A stretch of 36,366 nucleotides of DNA, taken from a virus (lineage: Duplodnaviria; Caudoviricetes). How positions within the stretch are numbered: the stretch's first letter is position 1; each line of letters starts with the position of its first letter. The stretch covers positions 1 to 36,366 of IMG/VR virus record IMGVR_UViG_3300037781_000039. One strand, written 5' to 3'. Made by a program: the position numbers and the translations under genes. The notes beneath the pieces were generated by a model, which was not told where the DNA came from, made no database searches, and was given only the letters and a program-made list of their open reading frames with translations. Below, one piece after another: positions 15,927 through 25,002 of the stretch.

Positions 15927-18203
15927 TCAGGCCGGGCGCGCGCCGTAGAGGCCGCGATGATCGACCACCGCGCCGCCGTAGACATGGCGGATCTTGTAGG
16001 TGACCTGATCGCTCGAGAACATCGAGCCGACGTTCGGCAGATCCTGGATGAACAGCGCCGGTTCCTCATCACCATCGAGGAAGCCGATCTCGATGCAGGC
16101 AATGTCAGCCACGTCCGCCGACAGGTACCAGTCGTTGGCATCGGTCCAGTACCAGACCGGGATCACGTTCAGGGCGAGCGACTGGGTGAACGTCTTGTCG
16201 TTCTCGGTCGAGCGACGGAACAGGTCCACACCGGTCTCTTCCAGGGCGAAGGGCACCCAGAGATTGACCGGGCCAATGCCCAGCTTCTCGTCCGAATCCT
16301 TTTCCGTCTGGTTGAGCATCGCAAGGCGACCTGCTGCGAGGCTGGCCTTGTCCAGGGCGGCAGCGCCGAGGTTGCCGTGATCCGCGTGGAACAGGTTCAC
16401 CCCGTCATAGATCGCTGCATTGGCCCGAAGGAAGTCCAGCGTGAACTTGCCCAGGGTGCGCTTGGCTGCACGGCTGAGGTTCGTCGGCAGACGACGGATC
16501 ACTCCGACGTCGTCGTTCTTGATCATCTCCATGGTGATCGTCTCGAGACCGCCACGCTTGGTGACTGCGTAGGTTGCCTCTTCGTCAGTCGGAGACGCCA
16601 GCGCTTCGTAGTCACCGGCTTCCGCAACTGCGGGCAGATCACCATAGCCGCCGTACCGCACGCGATGCTGGGTGCGGAAGTCGCTGATGCTCACCACGTC
16701 AGCGACCTGACGCCAGATATCGTACTGGCTCCCGACATTGTAGTCGGCCACCATCCGACGCTGGATGGCATCACCCAGCACCTCCGGGAACGACGCCGTG
16801 CCAAGAGCCTCGCGCATGACACCTGTGTCGCAGTTCTGCAGCAGCCCGGTCACCTTCCGGTCGCCGGTCACTTCGATGTACGCCTCCTTGAAGGAACGGA
16901 CGTGGCGGGCGTCCCTGTGTTGGCGGTCGAAGAAGGCGTCGAACATTGCCTGAACCTTCTGGTCGCGGGTCTCACCCACTTCGATCCGGTCACCCAGGCC
17001 GGTCACCCGCCCGCTCTCGCGGAAGGTGGCGATGTAGTCGGCTTCGGCCTTGATGGCCGTGGCGACGGCACCATCCTCGATCTCCTTCGCCTCGGCGAAC
17101 CGTGCGGTCACCCGGTCCTGTGCTGCCTTCGGCAAGCCGGAGGCCGCGATGAGCGCCCGCGCATCGGCACGGGCCTCGATCAGGCGCAGGTCCGCGCGGG
17201 TCACACGATCCGGATCTGTCGCGCCGGGAGCAGCCTCCCGCAGGCTGGCACTCAGCAGGGTCACCAGCTCACTGTCGGACATCTTGTCCGTGTCGTGGCC
17301 TGCCAGAAGGTTCTTTGCCTCCAGCAGCCGCAGGATCTCTTCGCGGTTCATGAGTTCGTCCTTTGCTTCCAGCAATTGCACGATGCCGCCGTGGGCACCG
17401 GGTTCGACAATGAGGTCCACCGACTTGACCTTCAGGAACTTGCGGGCCTCCCGGAGCGACTGACCGCCCAGGGTTTTCCGGTCGATGGTGGCGAGGGTGT
17501 CCATCGAGAACCCGAACAGGTCTGTCAGACCATGGTCCCAGGCTTCGCGGATCTTCGTGGCGACGCTGCCGTCCGGCTCGATCAGGTGCAGATCGGCCTG
17601 GATCTCCACCTGACCTGCAGCACCTGCCGCTTCGACCAGGCGCGGAGCCTTGAGGGCACCGATCAGGTTCCGGAAATCCTTGCCTTGACCCGCCAGGTGT
17701 TCGGCGTCGCCCTTGACGAAGACGCGCACGCCATCGAACAGCGGCACGGCTTCACGCAGGACAGCCTCCGGATAGATGTTGCCATTACCACTGCGACCCG
17801 AACGCACGACACGAATGCGCCAGACGCCCTTGTCGCCAGCGGCTTCGATGAAGGGGCCTGCCGGTGCGTTCTGGACAGGGACGGCAGCGGAGGGCGATCC
17901 GCCATCACCGGCAGGCGTGAAGGTCTTGACGACCTCCATGGGTGCGCCGAGGGTCACGTCCGTGCCATCGACGACATAGGAATACCGATAGAGCTTGCCG
18001 TCCTTCATCTCGACGACGATGAAGTCAGGGAAGAGGCCGTGGACATGAGGCCACCAGTCTTCTTCACCGGAAAGCTCGAGGGCTGCCTTGATCCGGCTCT
18101 GCAGCAGGTCGCGCAGCTGGACCAGGTCACCGTCGAACGCCTCGCGGACGTTCTCCGGCCCGACAATCCCGAGAGCGGGGATGTTGAAGGTACGCTTGCT
18201 CAC
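15927..18203 (-). CDS. Prohead protease-scaffold-major capsid polyprotein
   Basis: Protease-like region (SGNGNIYPEAVL, H, FGFS, SVDLIVEPGAHG), Ala/Glu-rich helical linker, C-terminal capsid-like region (ASFPEVLG, SDFR, ITMEMIKNDD, LFHADHGN, YKIRHVYG). Confidence 0.85.
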   Translation of the reverse strand: MSKRTFNIPALGIVGPENVREAFDGDLVQLRDLLQSRIKAALELSGEEDWWPHVHGLFPDFIVVEMKDGKLYRYSYVVDGTDVTLGAPMEVVKTFTPAGDGGSPSAAVPVQNAPAGPFIEAAGDKGVWRIRVVRSGRSGNGNIYPEAVLREAVPLFDGVRVFVKGDAEHLAGQGKDFRNLIGALKAPRLVEAAGAAGQVEIQADLHLIEPDGSVATKIREAWDHGLTDLFGFSMDTLATIDRKTLGGQSLREARKFLKVKSVDLIVEPGAHGGIVQLLEAKDELMNREEILRLLEAKNLLAGHDTDKMSDSELVTLLSASLREAAPGATDPDRVTRADLRLIEARADARALIAASGLPKAAQDRVTARFAEAKEIEDGAVATAIKAEADYIATFRESGRVTGLGDRIEVGETRDQKVQAMFDAFFDRQHRDARHVRSFKEAYIEVTGDRKVTGLLQNCDTGVMREALGTASFPEVLGDAIQRRMVADYNVGSQYDIWRQVADVVSISDFRTQHRVRYGGYGDLPAVAEAGDYEALASPTDEEATYAVTKRGGLETITMEMIKNDDVGVIRRLPTNLSRAAKRTLGKFTLDFLRANAAIYDGVNLFHADHGNLGAAALDKASLAAGRLAMLNQTEKDSDEKLGIGPVNLWVPFALEETGVDLFRRSTENDKTFTQSLALNVIPVWYWTDANDWYLSADVADIACIEIGFLDGDEEPALFIQDLPNVGSMFSSDQVTYKIRHVYGGAVVDHRGLYGARPA

Positions 18204-18472
18204 GCGCCCGCCTCCACTTCATGGCGAACACCGTCGAGCGTCAGGATGCGAACCGTGGTCCCCTTGTGAGAGATATCGAGGATGTGCTCCGCCTTCAGCG
18301 CCACCATGACGGGCTTGCCGTCCTTCGCACCTGCCTGAACCCGCACACCCTTGAACTGGCGAAGCACGTCCCTGGCGGTCAGGTCGGGAGCCGTCGTCTC
18401 CGTCTCCGGTTCAGAAGCTGCCTTCGCCGCAGCGGCGGGCGTCGGCTCTGTCGGTGCCTTCGTGGTGCTCAT
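18200..18472 (-). CDS. Hypothetical protein, first gene of the head operon
   Basis: 90 aa, GTGA overlap with the capsid gene, downstream of the predicted late promoter. Confidence 0.65.
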   Translation of the reverse strand: MSTTKAPTEPTPAAAAKAASEPETETTAPDLTARDVLRQFKGVRVQAGAKDGKPVMVALKAEHILDISHKGTTVRILTLDGVRHEVEAGA

Positions 18473-18510
18473 CGTCTGTAACCCCGTTGCCTGATCTCAT
18501 CTGAAATGCG

Positions 18511-18556
18511 ACCGTACTGAGCAGCGGGGTTCGACAATTGTCCGGAAGTGTTCCGG
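18511..18556 (-). promoter_or_regulatory. Putative Mor/C-activated late promoter (head operon)
   Basis: Dyad CCGGAAGTGTTCCGG (18542-18556) with a -10-like TACGGT 25 bp downstream on the - strand. Confidence 0.65.
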
Positions 18557-18702
18557 GTCCGGGATGAGCCGCAAACGGGCCAACGCCCTCAGAGCGCCAC
18601 ACACGGCCTCTGGCAGACGAGTGGCCCCGGAAGCCCTGAAATCCATTGAACACGAAATTGAACGCGGTCAGGGCCGACAGGGCGGCAAGTCTGCCTGCTG
18701 GC

Positions 18703-19593
18703 CTAACTCCGTTCCCTGTCGAGATCTCGTTTGGCAGAAGATTGTGCGAGTTCCTGCACGCTGAATGGCCGCGCGCCGGGATCACGCACCTGCCAGCTTT
18801 CCATCATCGGCAAAGAGACACAGCCGCAGTTGATGGTCTCGGCAGCCGGTGCATCCGGATCTCGCGGATACATCAGGCGATGGCCACCGACCAGGAACGG
18901 TTCATCCACCTCGCGCAGCTGACCATCCGCCACATCGTGCGACGGGCGGCTGTGCACCTTGCCGGATCGTCGCCACTGCTTTCGCAAGCCGGGCAGTACA
19001 GCACGCGCTGCTGTCTGGCGCTCATGGGTGGCGACCGAGAATGCCCGGCCCAGCTCGGTCCGCGTGATCGTGAGAGCACGGCTCCGGCTGGTGTCGAGTG
19101 TCCGCTGGATCTCGCGGGCAGCATCGTTGGGTGTTCCTTCGCCAGCGATCACCAGACCGAGCCGGGTGGTCAGCCTGCCTGCCGCTTCCCGGCCAACATC
19201 GCGCATGCGATCCACGGTAAAGGATCTGATCGCGATGAGCTGGCGGAGATCCACTTCCGGCAATACAGCGGAGATCCGAACGCCACCTGCAGCAAGCGGC
19301 CTGTCGAGCAGATCCACACCCTTCGACCAGGCCTCATCGATGTCAGTGATTCCCAATGCTTCCAGGGCGCGGGTCAGTTCCGCCATGTTGCGCGTGATCG
19401 AGGCACGGATGACAGGCAGCTGGAACTGCTGGAAGTCGGATGCCTTGCCCAGCAGCTGAGCCTCGATCCTCTGGCCTGCTGCGGCGAGGATCTCGGCCAC
19501 CTGACGCGCGGCCTCGGCATGCTGGCGCACCATCCGCTCGATCTGCGCCTGGCGCTCGAGCGCGAAGGCCGCTGCCTGTTCGTCAGGCGTCAT
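18703..19593 (-). CDS. Head morphogenesis protein (Mu gpF / SPP1 gp7 family)
   Basis: RALTITRTELGRA, KQW, RPSHDVADGQ, PF, ETINCGC; start at ATG 19593. Confidence 0.88.
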   Translation of the reverse strand: MTPDEQAAAFALERQAQIERMVRQHAEAARQVAEILAAAGQRIEAQLLGKASDFQQFQLPVIRASITRNMAELTRALEALGITDIDEAWSKGVDLLDRPLAAGGVRISAVLPEVDLRQLIAIRSFTVDRMRDVGREAAGRLTTRLGLVIAGEGTPNDAAREIQRTLDTSRSRALTITRTELGRAFSVATHERQTAARAVLPGLRKQWRRSGKVHSRPSHDVADGQLREVDEPFLVGGHRLMYPRDPDAPAAETINCGCVSLPMMESWQVRDPGARPFSVQELAQSSAKRDLDRERS

Positions 19594-21013
19594 CGGGTGC
19601 AGCCTGAGGCATGCCTCCGAACGCATCATCGGCAGCGCGCTTGCTGGACCTCTGGCGCGCGGCAGCCAGTTCCGTCGCAGAATCGATGGTCACACCGAGG
19701 CGTTCACCGACAGAGGCGATCAGCTCGACGGCGGTTTCTTCCGACAGCAGCCCGGCATCGATGGCAGCCAGCGCGCCATGCACCACCTGCGCAAGGGCAG
19801 CAGCGTAGGCGGTCGTGTCCTTCGCCGTCATCTCCGGCCAGACAACAGTCGGGCGGCGCTCCTGCAGCTCTTCCTGCGAAGGCTCCACGCCGTAATAGGC
19901 GTGCAGCTTCATCCGGATGACGAAGGTCAGCACTTCGACCAGCATGTGGCCGATCTGTGTCTGGCGCGCCGAGAACGTCTTGAAGGTCGGTTCGGTCATG
20001 CTTCCGGCAGTGGACCGGTTCACATCGCCGCCGCCGCCATACCAGTGCTCGGGCATCGATGAGCCACCGATGATGTGATTGCGGAACAGCCTGGCGAACT
20101 TCTCCGTATCGGCGGAACCGAGCTCCGGCGTGACAGCGTTCCATTCCTCATGCTCGTTGTGAACCTTCACACTGCCGGGGCGCGGCACCGTGATTGCCCT
20201 GGCACGTGCATCCACCTCTTCCGGGGTGGCTCCGGACATTTTCACATCCCAGACGAATGCCCTCTGGAAGTCCCAGCGATCGAGCTCGCCAAACAGCGCC
20301 TGGTCGTAGCCATCCAGCCAGTCGAACTGGGTTCGCAGATCGGATCGTCCGCGCCGTCCTGAGCAGAGATCGTTCACCTTGAAGTAGAAGCAGTCGCCGT
20401 CGCTGAAGGTCTCGCGGATCTGCCGTGTCCGCTCGGTGAACACATCCTCCGGACCATTGACAATGATCCGGTAGCGGCGGGCGACGCCCCTGGAGTTCCT
20501 GCGGGTGACGATGCCAATCGGCTGCTCGGCATTCTCGGGATCGACGACGATGGTTTCGATCAGGCCCGGATCAAGATAGCCAAGGCGCACGTCTCCGTTG
20601 CTGTCGTTGACGAACACCGGCCAGCACTGCTCGCCGTAGAGTGCCAGCTCCCGCGCCCGCTTCGGCAGCTTGACCTCCATGCAGTTGATCGGATCGGTCC
20701 AGAAGGCGTCGATCCAGGCCTGCGCCTCTTCATCCTCGGAAGTGATGCCAACACCCTCAGCCAGCATGTAGCTCAGCGGCAGTTCGATCAGCCGGTTAGC
20801 GATGGGGTTCTCGTCCCACAAATGCACCGCCAGTTCCTGCATCCGGGTTTGCGACAGCGGGCTGATATCGCGGTTGACCGACCCCGTCAGTCGCCGCCAC
20901 TGATCATCGTCCGGGTCGATGTTGACCGACCGCGCGGCCTCCCTCACGGGTGCGGCCTCCGCCTCACCATTCGATGACGTGAACAGGTCCCTGAACCACG
21001 CTTGAATGCCCAT
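19583..21013 (-). CDS. Portal protein
   Basis: 476 aa between terminase and gpF; NPIANRLIE, ELALYGEQ, GRSDL, PEHWYG. Confidence 0.8.
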   Translation of the reverse strand: MGIQAWFRDLFTSSNGEAEAAPVREAARSVNIDPDDDQWRRLTGSVNRDISPLSQTRMQELAVHLWDENPIANRLIELPLSYMLAEGVGITSEDEEAQAWIDAFWTDPINCMEVKLPKRARELALYGEQCWPVFVNDSNGDVRLGYLDPGLIETIVVDPENAEQPIGIVTRRNSRGVARRYRIIVNGPEDVFTERTRQIRETFSDGDCFYFKVNDLCSGRRGRSDLRTQFDWLDGYDQALFGELDRWDFQRAFVWDVKMSGATPEEVDARARAITVPRPGSVKVHNEHEEWNAVTPELGSADTEKFARLFRNHIIGGSSMPEHWYGGGGDVNRSTAGSMTEPTFKTFSARQTQIGHMLVEVLTFVIRMKLHAYYGVEPSQEELQERRPTVVWPEMTAKDTTAYAAALAQVVHGALAAIDAGLLSEETAVELIASVGERLGVTIDSATELAAARQRSSKRAADDAFGGMPQAAPDDA

Positions 21014-22483
21014 TCAATAGCTCCTTCGGCTTCTGCCGAAACCGGTTAGCGCACCGAGCCTCCTGCCCAGCGCACGATGATCACCGCGCGTCGAGCGATA
21101 GGCGGCTCCTGTCTCATCGACCACATCCGCGCTTGCCGGTTCGATGACACCATCTGCGGACGCCAGCCCGAGGAATGCCGCCCACGTCCGGTCGGCATGG
21201 CCATCGGTGTCGCGGGGCGCGATCAGCCGCAGGCTGCCGGTTGCGCTCTCGATGCCCTTCAGCTTGTGGAGATCCGCGCGCAGCAGATCGTCACCAGCCG
21301 GTATCCGGGTCTTGTGATCCTGAAACAGCTGCTTGGCCACGGTCGCCACGTTCAGACGCCGCGCAGGGGTGAACAGCACGCCCTCGACCTTCAGATCGCC
21401 ATGCGCCCGCTTCATGTCCTCGACCGGCTTCTCACCCATGCCGGTCTGATCCATGCTCAGGCGCATGACCTTGTAGCGATCCATGATGTCGGCTATCGCC
21501 GCATCGTGTGCGGAGAAGCTCTTGTTCTTCAGCGTAACGATCTCGCGCGTCCAGAAGACGTCACCGATCTGCTCCCAGACCCATGCCACCCAGAGGTCCG
21601 AGCGGCGGGCGATATCGTTGCCGACATAGCAGAGGCCACCCTGGTACAGCTCCGGCCTGCCAGCCCTGTCATCCTCGGCACCGTTGATCAGGGCGTAGCT
21701 GAGCCAGGCAGAGGCCGCTTCCTGCCACTTCAGCAGATACTCCTGGTCCCAGATGTCATCGTCGTTCAGACCGGACTTCAGCTCGTCCGCATCGCGCTCC
21801 AGCCCGTCGGCAATAGCGGAGTGGATATCGACAACATGACGGCTCCACAGGCTGTCCTTGGCCGTCATCAGTTCATAGAACTTGTTGTCCTTGCCGTTGG
21901 GCGTGGAGGTGACCCGGAGCTTCAGGCCCTTCTTGGAGATGACCGGAAAGACGGCTGCCCAGATCCTGCGGCTGTCGGCATGGAACGCGAACTCATCCAG
22001 GAACACGTTGGCGCTGAAGCCACGAGCGGTGTCCGGGTTGGCAGGCAGGGCAGTGATCCTGCTGCCGGAGGGAAAGATCACTTCCAGTGTCTTGTAAACC
22101 GCATCCTGCTCGCCAGGCCCCTTGGTGACGCGGAACTCGCCTTCTTCAAACGTCGGGGGCTGCTTGCCTTTCAGCAGGGTGTTGTAGACCGCGTAGAAAG
22201 CCTTGCTGAATGGCTTGATCGCTTCGTCCACGGCTTCCTTCGCCTGGCGCTCACCGCGCGACAGGATTACCCAGCGGGTCCGGCGGTTCCGGATCTCGGC
22301 CTGGATGCAATCATCAACGATCTCGGCGCAGGTGGTGAAGGTCTTGCCTGTCTGCCGGGCGAACATTCCGACCTTGAAGCGGGCGTCATCCGCCAGCCAA
22401 CGCTTCTGATAGGGCAGGAAGGTGACAACCTGATCCAGCGCCTCCGCCGTGCTGCGTAGCTCCGCCTCCTGCTCTGGCATCAC
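21014..22483 (-). CDS. terL: Terminase large subunit (Mu gp28-like)
   Basis: LPYQ, Walker A ARQTGKT, ANPDTARG, Walker B VFLDEFA, STPNG, GNDIAR, HADRTWA. Confidence 0.95.
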   Translation of the reverse strand: MMPEQEAELRSTAEALDQVVTFLPYQKRWLADDARFKVGMFARQTGKTFTTCAEIVDDCIQAEIRNRRTRWVILSRGERQAKEAVDEAIKPFSKAFYAVYNTLLKGKQPPTFEEGEFRVTKGPGEQDAVYKTLEVIFPSGSRITALPANPDTARGFSANVFLDEFAFHADSRRIWAAVFPVISKKGLKLRVTSTPNGKDNKFYELMTAKDSLWSRHVVDIHSAIADGLERDADELKSGLNDDDIWDQEYLLKWQEAASAWLSYALINGAEDDRAGRPELYQGGLCYVGNDIARRSDLWVAWVWEQIGDVFWTREIVTLKNKSFSAHDAAIADIMDRYKVMRLSMDQTGMGEKPVEDMKRAHGDLKVEGVLFTPARRLNVATVAKQLFQDHKTRIPAGDDLLRADLHKLKGIESATGSLRLIAPRDTDGHADRTWAAFLGLASADGVIEPASADVVDETGAAYRSTRGDHRALGRRLGALTGFGRSRRSY

Positions 22484-23019
22484 ACAAAGCCCATGATGCG
22501 ACGTGCCTCTTCGGCGGCATGTGCATCCAGTCGCCCTTCCTGCACGGCATCGGTCAGCTTCCGGGCCGACGCTTCGCGCTCGGCCTTGACGACATCAGCT
22601 ACCCTTTGCTCGAAGTCCTGGTCGAAGCGTGCGGCGCGGGCCATCTCTGCCAGGCCCTTGCCCAGCATGGCGATGTCCTTGGGGTCCAGATTCTCTCCCT
22701 CTTCCAGACCCGCGATCATGTCGTAGACCAGTGTGCGGCTGATCTCGACCAGCAGTCGCCCCTGTTTGCCCTGTGTCTCAGCCTCGCTCATGTTCGTGGC
22801 CAGCGCGTCGGTGACCTCGCGGCTCTGCCGCAGCCGCCTGGCGAGCTTCTCTTCGCGCTTCTTGTAGCGACCAACCGCACTGCGGCTGATGTCATCGACG
22901 CCCAGTTCCGACAGATGATCCACGATGGCGTCAATGGTCAGTTGATCTTCGAGGATCAGCCGCTTCAGTTCACGCCGGATGCGCGGGTCCAGTTCGTCGA
23001 TGCTGCTCTTGCGTCCCAT
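22480..23019 (-). CDS. Putative terminase small subunit (Mu gp27 / DUF3486)
   Basis: MGRKSSIDEL, ISRSAVGRY; directly upstream of terL. Confidence 0.85.
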   Translation of the reverse strand: MGRKSSIDELDPRIRRELKRLILEDQLTIDAIVDHLSELGVDDISRSAVGRYKKREEKLARRLRQSREVTDALATNMSEAETQGKQGRLLVEISRTLVYDMIAGLEEGENLDPKDIAMLGKGLAEMARAARFDQDFEQRVADVVKAEREASARKLTDAVQEGRLDAHAAEEARRIMGFV

Positions 23020-23130
23020 CTCAGCGGCACGCGCTCAGGTGACCAATGCCCGGCACGAAGGAATATCCCTGTGCCACATCCGCTCCGGGCATGGTCAGCG
23101 TTGCAACTGCAGTCTGGGGGCACGACGACA

Positions 23131-23436
23131 TCAGCCGAGCTCACTCGGTCGGGGACGTTCGACACCTTCGACATGCTCCTCGCCCCGCGCCACGCTCAGG
23201 CCCCGGTCGGTCAGCTTGGCCAGCAGGTAGGGACCGACGGTCTCGGTGGTGACAAGCCCGCGATCCTCCATCCAGGACAGGTGCTCGCGAACCTCCGTCT
23301 CTGTCAGCGACTGCGCGGTGGAGGATTCCATTGCCCGGCGGATGATGGCGTGGTTCTGGCTGTATCCGGCGTCGGCGGCCAGCAGGCGCAGGATCTCGCG
23401 CCGGACCATGGCGCGGATGGTGGCGGCAAGGCTCAT
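23131..23436 (-). CDS. Mu gp26-like winged-helix protein
   Basis: RREILRLL, LSWMEDRGLV, LTDRGLSVARG, GVERPRP. Confidence 0.8.
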   Translation of the reverse strand: MSLAATIRAMVRREILRLLAADAGYSQNHAIIRRAMESSTAQSLTETEVREHLSWMEDRGLVTTETVGPYLLAKLTDRGLSVARGEEHVEGVERPRPSELG

Positions 23437-23786
23437 GGTTCCCGTCCTTCCCTGATGTGATGGCTGACGAGAATGTCCATGGACCGTTTCAGCCCGCCGA
23501 TATCGGCGTGCGCACCCTTCACCTCGCCACCGATCTCGTAGACCTTGTCCTTGATGTCGCTCACACGCTGGTGGATGGCCTGCAGATCAGTGTACCCCGG
23601 CGAGTGTTCGAACCGGCTCCGGAGCTGGGTCAGGCTGCGCTCCTGCTGCGCCAGGCGCTCATCGAAATCCCTCGCGAACTTGCGCTGCTCCTCCCGCGCC
23701 ATGGATCGGATCGTCCAGGCGATCCAGAGGACGATCAGGTTGATACCGACCGCGATGATCGGCAACCAGGGAAGCAGCGCGTCCAT
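23433..23786 (-). CDS. Membrane-anchored coiled-coil protein (Mu gp25 / DUF2730-like)
   Basis: N-terminal TM helix then heptads; lies between holin and gp26. Confidence 0.65.
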   Translation of the reverse strand: MDALLPWLPIIAVGINLIVLWIAWTIRSMAREEQRKFARDFDERLAQQERSLTQLRSRFEHSPGYTDLQAIHQRVSDIKDKVYEIGGEVKGAHADIGGLKRSMDILVSHHIREGREP

Positions 23787-23787
23787 C

Positions 23788-24360
23788 TCACGCCCCTCTG
23801 GAATCGTGGCGGCCGGCAGGTCGCGACATCTGGGGTCGGTCGGTTCCGGACAGACGGGCGATCATCGCGTTCTTGTCGGATGACCCCTTGCTGCTCCCGA
23901 AATAATAGGCACCGATGCTGGTCACCAGCGTGCCGAGCGAACCCAGCATGACGGCGACAGGCTGCTGGGCGGACGGCGGGATCTCCACGAAGATCATGGC
24001 GCCGAGGATACCGAAGAACCCGACCAGTGCAGCAATGGCAATCAGCGCAGGCATCCGGCTGCCTGTCGCGATCTCACGCTCGCGCGCGCTCTCGCGATCC
24101 GCCTGATGGATCTTGTCCACCTCGATGTCGAGTTCCTTCATCCGCGCTGCGAACCGGTGCTCGGCTTCCTTCAGTTTGAGCAGATCATCCGGCGAGGCCC
24201 GGCGGATCGCCTCGGCAGCCACGTCCATGTCATCGGTTTCGCCATCGTCACCGAGCAGGCTGCGCGTTACCTCGCGGGCGGCCATCCCACCCAGCGGCCC
24301 ACCCAGGGCAGTGCCCAGGACGGGCGCGACAGTCTGGAGCAGATCCTTCCAGAGGCTCAT
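23788..24360 (-). CDS. Putative holin
   Basis: VAPVLGTALGGPLGG, DRESARERE, two C-terminal TMs, YYFGSS; ATGA-coupled to the endolysin. Confidence 0.75.
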   Translation of the reverse strand: MSLWKDLLQTVAPVLGTALGGPLGGMAAREVTRSLLGDDGETDDMDVAAEAIRRASPDDLLKLKEAEHRFAARMKELDIEVDKIHQADRESAREREIATGSRMPALIAIAALVGFFGILGAMIFVEIPPSAQQPVAVMLGSLGTLVTSIGAYYFGSSKGSSDKNAMIARLSGTDRPQMSRPAGRHDSRGA

Positions 24361-24914
24361 GAGTAGGCCCTCCGCAACCATCCATTCAGAAAGCGGTTGA
24401 AGGCAGGGCGCTTGATGGCGAGACCACGATAGAACCCTGCCGCTTCCGAGCGCAGGGCAGCCTGCAGCGCCAGCTCATCGGCCTGTCGGATCGCAGCCCG
24501 CGTCTGCGGACCCAGCAGGCCGTCATCAGCGATCTCCCGATCAGCTGCCCGGCAGGCCCGCTGCACCAGACGATGCGCCTGGCGCGGTCCCATGTTGACG
24601 GCGAGATCGAATGTCTTCGCGCCAATCGACGCGGGCATCGACGCATACTCATGCGGCTCCCAGAACCGGGTGCGATAGAGATCCTTCGCCATTTCCCTGG
24701 TCAGCTGCGCCACGTCGTCAGCGTCGAGATCGCCGTCCTGATCAAGGTCATACAGCGCCAGAGCCGAACCCGCGCCCTCGAGTTCACCAACCGAGCGCAA
24801 CCAGCGAAGGCTGACACCGAAGTTTGTGGCCCCACCGGGGTCCACCGGATCATCGACGAACCCGCCTTCGTGGCTCAGCGTGATCTCAATGGCTTTGTTG
24901 AACGCGGCATCCAC
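24357..24914 (-). CDS. Endolysin, glycoside hydrolase family 108 with peptidoglycan-binding domain
   Basis: HEGGFVDDPVDPGGATNFGV, FDLAVNMG, DGLLGPQT, FLNGWLRR. Confidence 0.93.
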   Translation of the reverse strand: MDAAFNKAIEITLSHEGGFVDDPVDPGGATNFGVSLRWLRSVGELEGAGSALALYDLDQDGDLDADDVAQLTREMAKDLYRTRFWEPHEYASMPASIGAKTFDLAVNMGPRQAHRLVQRACRAADREIADDGLLGPQTRAAIRQADELALQAALRSEAAGFYRGLAIKRPAFNRFLNGWLRRAYS

Positions 24915-24948
24915 GACCAGACCCCTTGTGATGAAGGTTGCTGGCTGG

Positions 24949-24994
24949 AATATTCATGTGGTCGGTTGAGGGAAGTAGCCCGGAAGTCTTCCGG
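24949..24994 (-). promoter_or_regulatory. Putative Mor/C-activated late promoter (lysis operon)
   Basis: Perfect dyad CCGGAAG-T-CTTCCGG (24980-24994) with a -10-like AATATT 25 bp downstream on the - strand. Confidence 0.65.
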
Positions 24995-25002
24995 AAAAGG
25001 GA

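Noticed and set aside
15957-18269. 770-aa + strand ORF opposite the capsid gene
   Set aside because: It mirrors a well-supported - strand gene and has no recognisable motifs; stop-free antisense frames are expected with high-GC codon bias
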